This document shows, in pieces, positions 56,816 through 64,000 of a stretch of DNA of 64,000 nucleotides (the stretch's first letter is position 1; each line of letters starts with the position of its first letter). The notes beneath the pieces were generated by a model. That model searched no databases and had not been told where the DNA came from. It worked only from the letters and a program-made list of their open reading frames with translations. Source of the DNA: Bacteroidales bacterium (GTDB lineage Bacteria > Bacteroidota > Bacteroidia > Bacteroidales > Marinilabiliaceae); assembly GCA_024401295.1 (NCBI GenBank), contig JAKSLG010000009.1, positions 17,989 to 81,988 on the forward strand, given 5' to 3'. A program made the position numbers and the translations under genes.

Positions 56816-57429
56816 AATTGGTCTGAATTTGCGTTATTGATTAATTCTTGGAGACGCGGATGCATCGTCACGCCGCTAACGAGATTCTCATACGACTCAA
56901 TGCCGACCCATGCATCTGTGGCAGCATAAAGCTGCTGACCGATCGAGAGAACGCCGGCCTCCCAGTTGCTCAGTCGCTGACGCTTGCTTATGCGTATGCC
57001 CAAGACGCGGGCTGCCAGTTTCTTGAGGCTCGCCTCTTCAAGTCCATGGTCGTGAGCCAGCGTCTGCAACTCGACAAAATTGCCTGGCGTGAACTTATGC
57101 CAACGCTGAAGACCGCGAATATCGTCACGAATGGCCACGCCAGTCTTGACAATCGAAGGATTCTCGAGCACATTGACTATGGCACGTGGCAAACCTATCA
57201 TATTCAGGCGGATAAGCCATGCCGTATCGTGCGACGCCAACTGCAGAAGAGCCGTCTTGTAGGTCACGCCACGACGGAAGGCAGGTCGTGTCTCGGTGTC
57301 GAAACCAAGCACAGGCTCGCGCATCATCTGACGGGCAGCCTCTTCGGCAGCCTTCTCCGTCTCGATGACAACCACCTGCCCATCGAACTGCGTCTGTGGC
57401 AGACTGTCTATGATTTCATTTGTAAGCAT
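56812..57429 (-). CDS. 3'-5' exonuclease domain protein (DEDD, RNase D/WRN-like)
   Basis: LGFDTETRP (ExoI), LQLA, and YAATDAW (ExoIII). ATGA-type 4-nt overlap with rlmI. Confidence 0.8.
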   Translation of the reverse strand: MLTNEIIDSLPQTQFDGQVVVIETEKAAEEAARQMMREPVLGFDTETRPAFRRGVTYKTALLQLASHDTAWLIRLNMIGLPRAIVNVLENPSIVKTGVAIRDDIRGLQRWHKFTPGNFVELQTLAHDHGLEEASLKKLAARVLGIRISKRQRLSNWEAGVLSIGQQLYAATDAWVGIESYENLVSGVTMHPRLQELINNANSDQL

Positions 57430-57433
57430 ACGA

Positions 57434-58021
57434 CTAATCCATCATCTCTTGTGCCCACTGCGGCAGACGATCGTCATCATCGGCCATCGGCTTCTCGTCG
57501 CTCAAATCATCACCACTATAGAGCGCACTATGAAGCGCACGCAAAGCATTGCAAAGGCGCTGTCCCCAATAGGTGCGGAACTTTTCGCCAACAGCGGCAA
57601 TGGCATCATTCTGTATGTCTTCAACACCAATGCGATACTGTTCACAGAAGTTGCAGATATCCTGATAGATATCGGCCATATCTTCCGATATGCTTGCTGG
57701 AACAGGTTCCTCGCTGCGCTGCATGTCCTCCTTGAAAACCTCGAGATATTCATCGTGACCGCCAAGTTTTGCACGCACGGAACGACGCACCGTCTCGTAT
57801 GAATATTCATCAACGAACTCCTCGAGATCGTCATCAAGAACCGTTGCGACATCTTCTGGCAAGACAGAAGCCTTGATGTAGAGCAGAGGCAATATGCGCG
57901 ACGAAACGCGTATGAAATCGGCTTTCGAATATTTGTCGATATTGTCGAGCATCGTGCAATACTCTTTTGCCACCATCGCAAATTCTACGATATTCTTGGC
58001 GTATATCTCTTCTTTCTTCAT
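57434..58021 (-). CDS. DUF5063-like acidic protein
   Basis: 195-aa acidic helical protein. Its position upstream of the exonuclease matches the usual Bacteroidota DUF5063 context. Confidence 0.5.
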   Translation of the reverse strand: MKKEEIYAKNIVEFAMVAKEYCTMLDNIDKYSKADFIRVSSRILPLLYIKASVLPEDVATVLDDDLEEFVDEYSYETVRRSVRAKLGGHDEYLEVFKEDMQRSEEPVPASISEDMADIYQDICNFCEQYRIGVEDIQNDAIAAVGEKFRTYWGQRLCNALRALHSALYSGDDLSDEKPMADDDDRLPQWAQEMMD

Positions 58022-58079
58022 GAGTTGCTATTCGTTTGAGCTTATTTTTGCGGCATTCCTCAGCCGTTGTCTGTTTTCG

Positions 58080-59291
58080 TTATTCATTCAGGAAACGCAG
58101 TGCAATCCACGTCATGACGGCTGGAGCCACCGCCAGCGAATCTTCGTCTGGCAGAAAATGCGAAGTATGCACATTGCCCGTTTTTCCATCCGGACGCATC
58201 ACGCCAAAGCGATAGAACACCGAAGGATATTTGACCGTATAGTAGCCGAAATCCTCAGCCGTCATGCGCACACCCATGCGCTCGACATTGTCTTCGCCTA
58301 TCATCTCACGAGCAAAGCCCTCTGCCTTGGCAGTCACCTGCGGATTGTTATAAACCGACGGATAGCCATCCTTGATATCCACATTGCATTCCGCGCCGTA
58401 TGTCTGCGCGATGCTTGTGGCTACATGGCGTATGCGCTGCTTCATCTTGGCACGCCACTCTTCGCTCATCATGCGAAGCGTTCCTGCCATATAGACTTCA
58501 TCGGGAATGACATTGGTCGCGCCATCGGCAATGATCTTGCCAAACGACAAGACCGAAGGCACCGTGGCCGGCACTTCGCGTGCAACGAGCTGTTGCATGC
58601 CGACGATTGTCTCACATGCAATCAAAACGTTGTCGGTCAACAAATGAGGCATTCCTCCATGGCCGCCCTTGCCCTTGACTGTCAGATGCACCTCATCGCC
58701 CGAAGCCATATAGTTGCCCGCGCAGAAACCGACATGCCCCGTCGGCATATCCGGCATCACATGGGCACCAATAACAACGTCTGGCTCAATGCCATCAAAA
58801 AGGCCGTCGCGCATCATCACGTTTGCACCACCGGGGAAACTCTCTTCGCCAGGCTGAAAGACAAGCATCACCCTACCCTTCCATTCGCTGCGCGTCTCAT
58901 TGAGAATCTTTGCAACCGTCAGGAGCGAAGCCGTATGCAGGTCATGGCCACAGGCATGCATGACGCCCTTGTTCTGGGAACAACATTCATGATCTTCGTC
59001 CTCAGTGATTGGCAGCGCATCAAAATCTGCTCGCAAAACGACAGTCTTTCCCGCTCCACAGCCATCTATAAAGGCTGCAATGCCATTTTCGGCATAGCCC
59101 GACTTATAGCTGATGCCCATTGCATCGAGCTGCTTCTGAATATAAAGGCTGGTTTCGCGTTCCTTGAACGACAATTCCGGATGACTATGAAGATGACGTC
59201 TGAGGGCAACCGTATTACCCTTCTCACGTTCGGCCATCTCTCTTATCTGCTCTGCTGTAATCACTTTCGGCATATTTTGTTCATTCCGCAT
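58080..59291 (-). CDS. M20D-family amidohydrolase (N-acyl-L-amino-acid amidohydrolase-like)
   Basis: HPELSF.E, HACGHD.HT and PGEE blocks. The first ATG is at 59291 (an alternative Met is at 59273), and the longest ORF begins at TTG 59297. Confidence 0.85.
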   Translation of the reverse strand: MRNEQNMPKVITAEQIREMAEREKGNTVALRRHLHSHPELSFKERETSLYIQKQLDAMGISYKSGYAENGIAAFIDGCGAGKTVVLRADFDALPITEDEDHECCSQNKGVMHACGHDLHTASLLTVAKILNETRSEWKGRVMLVFQPGEESFPGGANVMMRDGLFDGIEPDVVIGAHVMPDMPTGHVGFCAGNYMASGDEVHLTVKGKGGHGGMPHLLTDNVLIACETIVGMQQLVAREVPATVPSVLSFGKIIADGATNVIPDEVYMAGTLRMMSEEWRAKMKQRIRHVATSIAQTYGAECNVDIKDGYPSVYNNPQVTAKAEGFAREMIGEDNVERMGVRMTAEDFGYYTVKYPSVFYRFGVMRPDGKTGNVHTSHFLPDEDSLAVAPAVMTWIALRFLNE

Positions 59292-59301
59292 TTTCAATCC
59301 G

Positions 59302-59309
59302 CAAAGATA
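59302..59309 (-). promoter_or_regulatory. -7 promoter motif (TAtcTTTG) upstream of M20 gene
   Basis: The + strand reads CAAAGATA, immediately upstream of the candidate starts. This implies a very short leader or use of the Met at 59273. Confidence 0.35.
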
Positions 59310-59408
59310 ATCATTTAACGGCTAATGACCGGCAATTATCAGCAAATTAATAGCACTTCAAAAAAAATGCAAATGGCTTCTTACCCCCTCTTTACACCGA
59401 ACAAAGAG

Positions 59409-59474
59409 TATAGAAACAAGCTACAAACAATATAGAAAGAGGTAACAAACAGTATAGAAAGAAGCTACAACGCG
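59409..59474. repeat. Three imperfect 22-bp tandem direct repeats
   Basis: The units are TATAGAAACAAGCTACAAACAA, TATAGAAAGAGGTAACAAACAG and TATAGAAAGAAGCTACAACGCG, contiguous head-to-tail. Units 2 and 3 each match unit 1 at 17/22 positions. A partial echo (AAACAAGCTACAAC) lies near 59543. Confidence 0.85.
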
Positions 59475-59667
59475 AAAAGACGCACCTCATAAGAAGCTTT
59501 GTATCAAATATTTACAAATTACAAAAAACAGCAAAAAGCAACAAACAAGCTACAACACATTCAAACCATCTGTAAATCAACCGATTACAAACAGCCATTC
59601 ATCACCAATTTCGCGCACTTTCGGCAAAAAATCATCACTTTCTACATTCCTAACAAAAATAATTTGA

Positions 59668-59675
59668 TACATTTG
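59668..59675 (+). promoter_or_regulatory. -7 promoter motif (TAcaTTTG) upstream of 59721 gene
   Basis: TACATTTG lies 46 nt upstream of the ATG at 59721. Confidence 0.35.
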
Positions 59676-59720
59676 CAAAAAATACATGTGCATCAAAATT
59701 ATTAATTTAAATATTTGTAT

Positions 59721-60770
59721 ATGAATAAATTATTTACTCTATTCGCCGTCATGATGATGGCAATGACAGCATTCGCGCAAACGACGCTTACATCGGTGAC
59801 CATCAATTTCGTTGGATATCCTAAAGCTGGAGATAGTTACAATGGCACGATTTGGGATGCGTCAAATTTTGCAGAATATGCAAATGTCGACCCAGATGCA
59901 AACTATGTAATAAACTACATAAGTTTCTATGCTCAAGATGGCAATAATATCCCTACAAAGAATTTTAATCCTAATACAGCTTATAAAATTCAGGTTGCCC
60001 TTAAACCTAAGGATGGGTATAATTTTTCCAACAGTCTTGATTTCTATTATAACATAGCAGATAATGGTGAATTTTATGGAACACGTTATTGGAATAGCCA
60101 GAGTTGTGCTGTCACTGTCAATTTCACAACTGGTGACGCTTCAATGTTGTCTACTCCTGTGTCAAGCTACAATGGCGTATGGTTTGACGACGAGAAGACA
60201 TTCTCACTTACATGTGGCACCGAGGGCGCTGAAATATACTACACACTCGACGGCACTACCCCTAGCAAGACAAATGGAACATTATATACTGAACCATTCT
60301 TGGTTGAAGCGACAGGTTCTAATATAACATTATCGGCAATTGCAATAAAAGGCGAAGAGTCAAGCGATGTAATCACTCTTACATTCAAAACCGTATTATT
60401 GGAGCATAGCGTGAACGCTTACGATGTTGCCCAAGGAACTATTACTACCGAATACGATAAATACAATACTAAATCGACTGTAGATGTCATTGTAATTCCA
60501 GCCCAAGGATACCAGTTGAAGGATGGTTCTCTAAAAATGTCTTACACTGACCAAAGTGGCACTCTGCAAACCAAGTACATCAGCGGATCATCTTTCGTCA
60601 TGCCACGATACAATGTTACTCTAAGTGGTGAATTCGAAGAGTCAACCCCAACAGCCATCGAGTCTGTCAACGCCGACAATGCGTGCAAGGTTATCAAGAC
60701 CATCGAGAATGGCAAGGTAGTCATAATACGCAACAACAAGAGGTACGACCTCTCAGGTCGCGAATTGTAA
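59721..60770 (+). CDS. Secreted protein with chitobiase/hexosaminidase-C-like (FN3-associated) domain and possible short C-terminal sorting segment
   Basis: Signal peptide MNKLFTLFAVMMMAMTAFAQ. GAEIYYTLDGTTPSKTNGTLYTEPF is typical of CHB_HEX_C-like domains. The C-terminus KVIKTIENGKVVIIRNNKRYDLSGREL resembles abbreviated T9SS-type tails. Confidence 0.5.
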   Translation: MNKLFTLFAVMMMAMTAFAQTTLTSVTINFVGYPKAGDSYNGTIWDASNFAEYANVDPDANYVINYISFYAQDGNNIPTKNFNPNTAYKIQVALKPKDGYNFSNSLDFYYNIADNGEFYGTRYWNSQSCAVTVNFTTGDASMLSTPVSSYNGVWFDDEKTFSLTCGTEGAEIYYTLDGTTPSKTNGTLYTEPFLVEATGSNITLSAIAIKGEESSDVITLTFKTVLLEHSVNAYDVAQGTITTEYDKYNTKSTVDVIVIPAQGYQLKDGSLKMSYTDQSGTLQTKYISGSSFVMPRYNVTLSGEFEESTPTAIESVNADNACKVIKTIENGKVVIIRNNKRYDLSGREL

Positions 60771-60820
60771 TTGACTGCGTAGAGAATAGTGGTGCACTGC
60801 ATCCCTGGCACAAAAAACAA

Positions 60821-60850
60821 GGGCCGCTTCCGTTTGGAGGCGGCTCTTTT
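60821..60850. terminator. Bidirectional rho-independent terminator between convergent genes
   Basis: GGGCCGCTTCC-GTTT-GGAGGCGGCTC forms a GC-rich stem of about 11 bp including wobble pairs. It is preceded by ACAAAAAACAA and followed by TTTTCATTT. Confidence 0.75.
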
Positions 60851-60892
60851 CATTTCCGTTCGTCACCAGTTGGCTCAACGTTCAGCAAAAAA

Positions 60893-61786
60893 CTATCGAC
60901 GTCTAAAAATCGACATCGGGACCTTAACGCCGGCGCGTAACCCTATGTTTCGCAGATTAACTTTCTTGATCACATCTGTCTCCATCAGGCTCTTATATGT
61001 CCTGTCTGTGTTAAGCATGGCTCCTTCGTGATTCTTAGCCATGTCTGTCAGTCCAATCGAACTGTATATTCCACCGAAGAAATATATTTTAGAAGTGATC
61101 TTTGTGACTACATTAACGTCATAGTACAATGACAAGCCTAATCCTTTTGTAGCAATCGTGCCGTCTGGTCTTGGTTTGTCAACCGTAAAGCCATGGTGCT
61201 CCAGATCGTGAATGACCACATTGGTTTCTGGATAATAACCTGTAGTTTCGTACTCGCCATCTTTAACCTCATATTTGGTCACAATAGGGAAATACATCTT
61301 GAGTCCGGCACTTGCAACAAGTGATATGCGCTTGGTAATTGGCAGCCTGTATAAAACGCCAAGAGGCACCTCGAGGTTGACACAGCGTTGATGCTCGGTC
61401 CACCCTTTCATAGCAATGATGTATGTGAAGTCCTGCTTGTTGACCTCATCATAGAGATCGTACTTCAGCGTTCCATCCAAAGAAGCGGTACTGTTGCTCA
61501 ACTGCACACCAAGTCCGGCTGTGAATCCCCAATTTCTATTGAGAAATTGGTTGTAATCTACATTGAACGAACCACCGCCGCCAAGTTTTCGATCCGAATC
61601 GCCACTTTTGAAGTATATTGAGCTCAATCCCCCGCTCAATCCTCCGCTAAGATATCGACTATCACCAAACAAAGGGGAGAAATTCGGCTTGCTCACTGCC
61701 CTTCTCCACTGAGCGTTTGCCATTTCTGGTGCGCCCAACAGCAGACTCATGGTCAATATGCTTAAGAACTTGTTCATTTTTAGCAT
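60893..61786 (-). CDS. Small outer-membrane beta-barrel protein (OMP_b-brl_2/PorT-like fold)
   Basis: Signal peptide ...LLLGAPEMANAQ. 297 aa with an alternating aromatic/glycine beta pattern. Starts 13 nt downstream of the adhesin's stop. Confidence 0.5.
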   Translation of the reverse strand: MLKMNKFLSILTMSLLLGAPEMANAQWRRAVSKPNFSPLFGDSRYLSGGLSGGLSSIYFKSGDSDRKLGGGGSFNVDYNQFLNRNWGFTAGLGVQLSNSTASLDGTLKYDLYDEVNKQDFTYIIAMKGWTEHQRCVNLEVPLGVLYRLPITKRISLVASAGLKMYFPIVTKYEVKDGEYETTGYYPETNVVIHDLEHHGFTVDKPRPDGTIATKGLGLSLYYDVNVVTKITSKIYFFGGIYSSIGLTDMAKNHEGAMLNTDRTYKSLMETDVIKKVNLRNIGLRAGVKVPMSIFRRR

Positions 61787-61799
61787 TGTATTTACGTGG

Positions 61800-64000
61800 T
61801 TACTCTACAAGGATCTTCACTGTTGCCTTCTTATTGCCTGACACTACCGACACTACATGAGCGCCACGAGAAGAAAGTATTACCTGATTGATATGTTCAA
61901 CTTTATCAGACGAGAACACTTCTGCTGATGACATAGTATAAATCCTCACAACCGCTTTTTGCATCTCGGTTTCCGACAATCCGTCAACCACTACTGAGAA
62001 TGCCTCTCCTGTACGTATCGGGTTCGGATTTACTGCAACATTAAATGCTGCGGATTCCTGCACAAATACTGCCGGACCGATAATATACTCTTGACTGTCA
62101 ACGCTCTTGACAATAACTTCGTAAGAACCGTTGACTCCACCTTTCTCGCAATAGAACTGCTCATTGGCGCCATCTATGATTTCGCCATCACGGTACCACT
62201 GATATGTAGTAAATCGATTATCAGAGTTGTCAACGACAAGGACATCGTTCCACATGAGCTTTATCAACGAAGCATCCAGACGATTCGTTTCAGGATTTTC
62301 TGGTTCGTCCTCACCCTCAATAACGAAAGTATATGTCTGAGCCTCATTTGTATTGTCCGACCAGATATAGTTGCTATTCAACGTCACTGTCACGACGTAC
62401 TTTCCTGGCTCAATGGCTTCCGTATCACCAGATATCACATAAGCGATATTTTCGGAGATCTTAATGCCATGTGTTTCGCCATCGTATGGGTAACTGATGC
62501 TTTCAACATTTGGCTTGTCAACCTTTGCCGGATTGATGGTCACAACAACAATCTTTGAATCAGATGTACCATCCGACCATTTGAATCCATTAGTTGGGGT
62601 CAGCTTGACGTCATATATGCCAGCATTGGTCTGTACGCCACCTTCAACCGAATACTCAACTTTCTCCGGGATAAGGACGATAGGATTGCCCGTATATGTG
62701 AACTCACCTGCAACCGGCATTTCTATTGTTCCATCACCAATAGTGAAGGTAATCACTATGTCGTCTGAAGTACCATCTGACCACAATGTGTTCTTCTTGT
62801 CCTTCAATGAGACTACCCTGTCATAAGATTTGCTCTCAACACCTGTCGCATTTTTACTATCAACGACATAGCCTGAACCTTCTGGTATTTCAAACAGCTT
62901 CTCCTCACCATCATAAATGAATATTGTCTGATGTGCGACGGGTATTGCTACTACAGCTTTTGCAATATTAAATTCGTATGTCTTGACAACATTGCTGTTG
63001 TCGTTCCAGATATAATGAACATCGTCCTTGAATGATACGTGTACTGTATACTTTCCTGCATCGGTCTGTACGTTGTTAGCGATAACATACGCGTCATTAT
63101 CAGGTATAGTGTATGTCTTTTCGTCGCCATCGTAAGTGAACTTCGTTTCATCAGCTGCTGGTACATTTATCACGATATGCTTGATCTTGAACGTCTCTTT
63201 GATTGCATCCGATGTGCCATCGCTCCAGATATAATTTGGCAATAGTGTGATAGAGACTTGGTAGTCCGCAATCTCTGTAGCCTTTGTTTCTCCAGTGATT
63301 GTATAGCACTCATTCAGTGGAACATTGAAATTGTATTCGCTACCATTCCATGTATATTCTGTCTGAACGAATGTCGGTTTGTCAACCTTTGCCGGTAAGA
63401 TTACCACTTCATACGTCTTTGTTTCAACAGATCCACCTTCCCACGTAAAGCCATTCTGAGGAGTGACTTTCATGGAGTATGTACCGGCATCTTTACCCTC
63501 ACCATTTTCGATTTCATATTCGGTGCCTATCAGGAATACAATTGTCGAACCTGTATAAGTATATTCCAATTGTATCGTAGGTTCATCAATAGTGCCTGTG
63601 CCAATCTTAAACTCTATAGTCTTAGGAGCAACAGTACCATCAATCCACTCGTAGTTGTCGGCGTCGTTCAACGAGACAGTTCGAGGATAACTGCCAATTT
63701 TAGTAGCCGAAGCATTGGCCGGGTCAACAGTATAGTTGGCATTAGGATTGACCGTGAAAGTCTTCTCCGTACCGTCGAAGATGAAGTTGGTGGTTGGTGC
63801 TGTCGGCAAATCGACCTTTGCCTTGTCGACTGTGAAAGTGATAGTCTTGGATGCGTCGGTACCATCAGTCCATACATAGTTTGACTTGTCGTTCAACGAC
63901 ACAACCCTGTTGTATGTACCGGCATTTGTGACAGTCGCATATTCTGAACCAATAGTGTACTTGTCATTTTCAGTAACCTCCAAGACCTTGACAGTACCAT
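61800..64000 (-). CDS. Large repetitive cell-surface protein (MBG-like repeats, Ig-like module, T9SS type-A C-terminal domain), N-terminus outside window
   Basis: The frame stays open to nt 64000, so the annotated TTG at 63983 is internal. There are eight repeats of about 70-75 aa with (F/Y).Y(D/T)G...AG.Y.V...(N)Y.W.DGT...F.I. The final roughly 80 aa (VAVNPNPIRTGE...VVSVVSGNKKATVKILVE) match the T9SS sorting-domain pattern. Confidence 0.7.
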   Translation of the reverse strand, partial: GTVKVLEVTENDKYTIGSEYATVTNAGTYNRVVSLNDKSNYVWTDGTDASKTITFTVDKAKVDLPTAPTTNFIFDGTEKTFTVNPNANYTVDPANASATKIGSYPRTVSLNDADNYEWIDGTVAPKTIEFKIGTGTIDEPTIQLEYTYTGSTIVFLIGTEYEIENGEGKDAGTYSMKVTPQNGFTWEGGSVETKTYEVVILPAKVDKPTFVQTEYTWNGSEYNFNVPLNECYTITGETKATEIADYQVSITLLPNYIWSDGTSDAIKETFKIKHIVINVPAADETKFTYDGDEKTYTIPDNDAYVIANNVQTDAGKYTVHVSFKDDVHYIWNDNSNVVKTYEFNIAKAVVAIPVAHQTIFIYDGEEKLFEIPEGSGYVVDSKNATGVESKSYDRVVSLKDKKNTLWSDGTSDDIVITFTIGDGTIEMPVAGEFTYTGNPIVLIPEKVEYSVEGGVQTNAGIYDVKLTPTNGFKWSDGTSDSKIVVVTINPAKVDKPNVESISYPYDGETHGIKISENIAYVISGDTEAIEPGKYVVTVTLNSNYIWSDNTNEAQTYTFVIEGEDEPENPETNRLDASLIKLMWNDVLVVDNSDNRFTTYQWYRDGEIIDGANEQFYCEKGGVNGSYEVIVKSVDSQEYIIGPAVFVQESAAFNVAVNPNPIRTGEAFSVVVDGLSETEMQKAVVRIYTMSSAEVFSSDKVEHINQVILSSRGAHVVSVVSGNKKATVKILVE
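62300..64000 (-). repeat. Eight MBG-like coding repeats organised as a duplicated four-domain super-unit (a-b-c-d / a'-b'-c'-d')
   Basis: Repeat pairs share diagnostic strings. Examples are IGTGTIDEP vs IGDGTIEMP, TPQNGFTWEGGS...PAKVDKP vs TPTNGFKWSDGT...PAKVDKP, and LLPNYIWSDGT vs LNSNYIWSDNT. Confidence 0.7.

Noticed and set aside
57894-59318. A 474-aa + strand ORF spans the entire M20 amidohydrolase gene in antisense. Similar long antisense ORFs occur at 14406-15140, 28617-29795, 46874-47644, 49608-50183 and 55904-56749.
   Set aside because: In every case the opposite strand encodes a protein with clear family motifs (for example HACGHDLHT for M20D). The antisense products are Arg/His/Cys/Ile-rich with no motifs, signal peptides or plausible starts, and several begin at TTG. 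Their recurrence opposite many unrelated genes points to a codon-usage and frame artefact, and to repeat periodicity in the Sel1 gene. Ribosome profiling could revisit this.
59409-59474. Possible CRISPR-like or minisatellite array.
   Set aside because: Only three units are present. They are contiguous with no spacers, imperfect and AT-rich, and there are no cas genes in the window. I kept them as a tandem-repeat or regulatory candidate instead.
59499-59705. A 68-aa ORF in the CA-rich intergenic tract.
   Set aside because: It starts at TTG. Its composition (K/Q/N/I/T-rich) simply mirrors the A/C-rich DNA. It runs across the predicted promoter of the downstream gene and has no recognisable features.
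1-64000. I searched for mobile elements, prophage or defence islands, tRNA or rRNA genes and CRISPR arrays.
   Set aside because: I recognised no integrase, transposase, recombinase, restriction-modification, toxin-antitoxin or cas-like ORF, and no cloverleaf-capable or rRNA-like sequence in the intergenic regions. The only hint of foreign origin is the lower-GC appearance of 59.3-64 kb, which I reported as a finding rather than as a mobile element.

Overview
This is a 64-kb chromosomal segment from a Bacteroidota genome, probably Bacteroidales and Prevotella-like. The lineage call is an inference from several signals: many TAnnTTTG -7 promoter motifs in front of genes, a MurF-Alr fusion, a ubiE-porT pair, T9SS-type C-terminal sorting domains, and Bacteroidota-specific DUF families. 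I support about 54 CDSs, and I found no rRNA, tRNA, CRISPR array, integrase or transposase.

Most genes are housekeeping or envelope functions:
- DNA, RNA and nucleotide metabolism: nfo, tdk, rsmI, dnaB, prs, rplY, miaA, a DEAD-box helicase, rlmI and a 3'-5' exonuclease.
- Nucleotide-sugar precursor block: rfbA, rfbC, rfbD, rfbB plus ugd and manA.
- Other core functions: murF-alr, ubiE, porT and an M16 peptidase pair.

I do not see an unambiguous new system such as a defence island. The stretches that look accessory and deserve follow-up are:
1. A four-gene, ATGA-coupled cassette at 31.8-36.3 kb: Wzx-type flippase, radical SAM enzyme with extra C-terminal cysteines, polysaccharide pyruvyl transferase and GT2.
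2. A Wzc tyrosine autokinase with no Wza, lying 16 nt downstream of a dihydroorotase-like protein in which the HxH metal-binding site reads CST (46.9-50.5 kb).
3. An outer-membrane receptor-type barrel lying 5 nt upstream of a 256-aa protein with no recognisable motifs (50.8-54.1 kb).
4. A fimbrillin-like lipoprotein carrying two recently duplicated FISUMP-like domains, next to a secreted protein with about 15 Sel1 repeats (25.5-29.9 kb).
5. A visibly AT-richer terminal region (59.3-64 kb). It holds three 22-bp tandem repeats in a G-poor intergenic tract, two putative T9SS cargo proteins (one a giant MBG-like repeat adhesin with a four-domain super-repeat) and a tightly linked small beta-barrel protein.

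All functional calls come from motif recognition by eye, and no database search was run.
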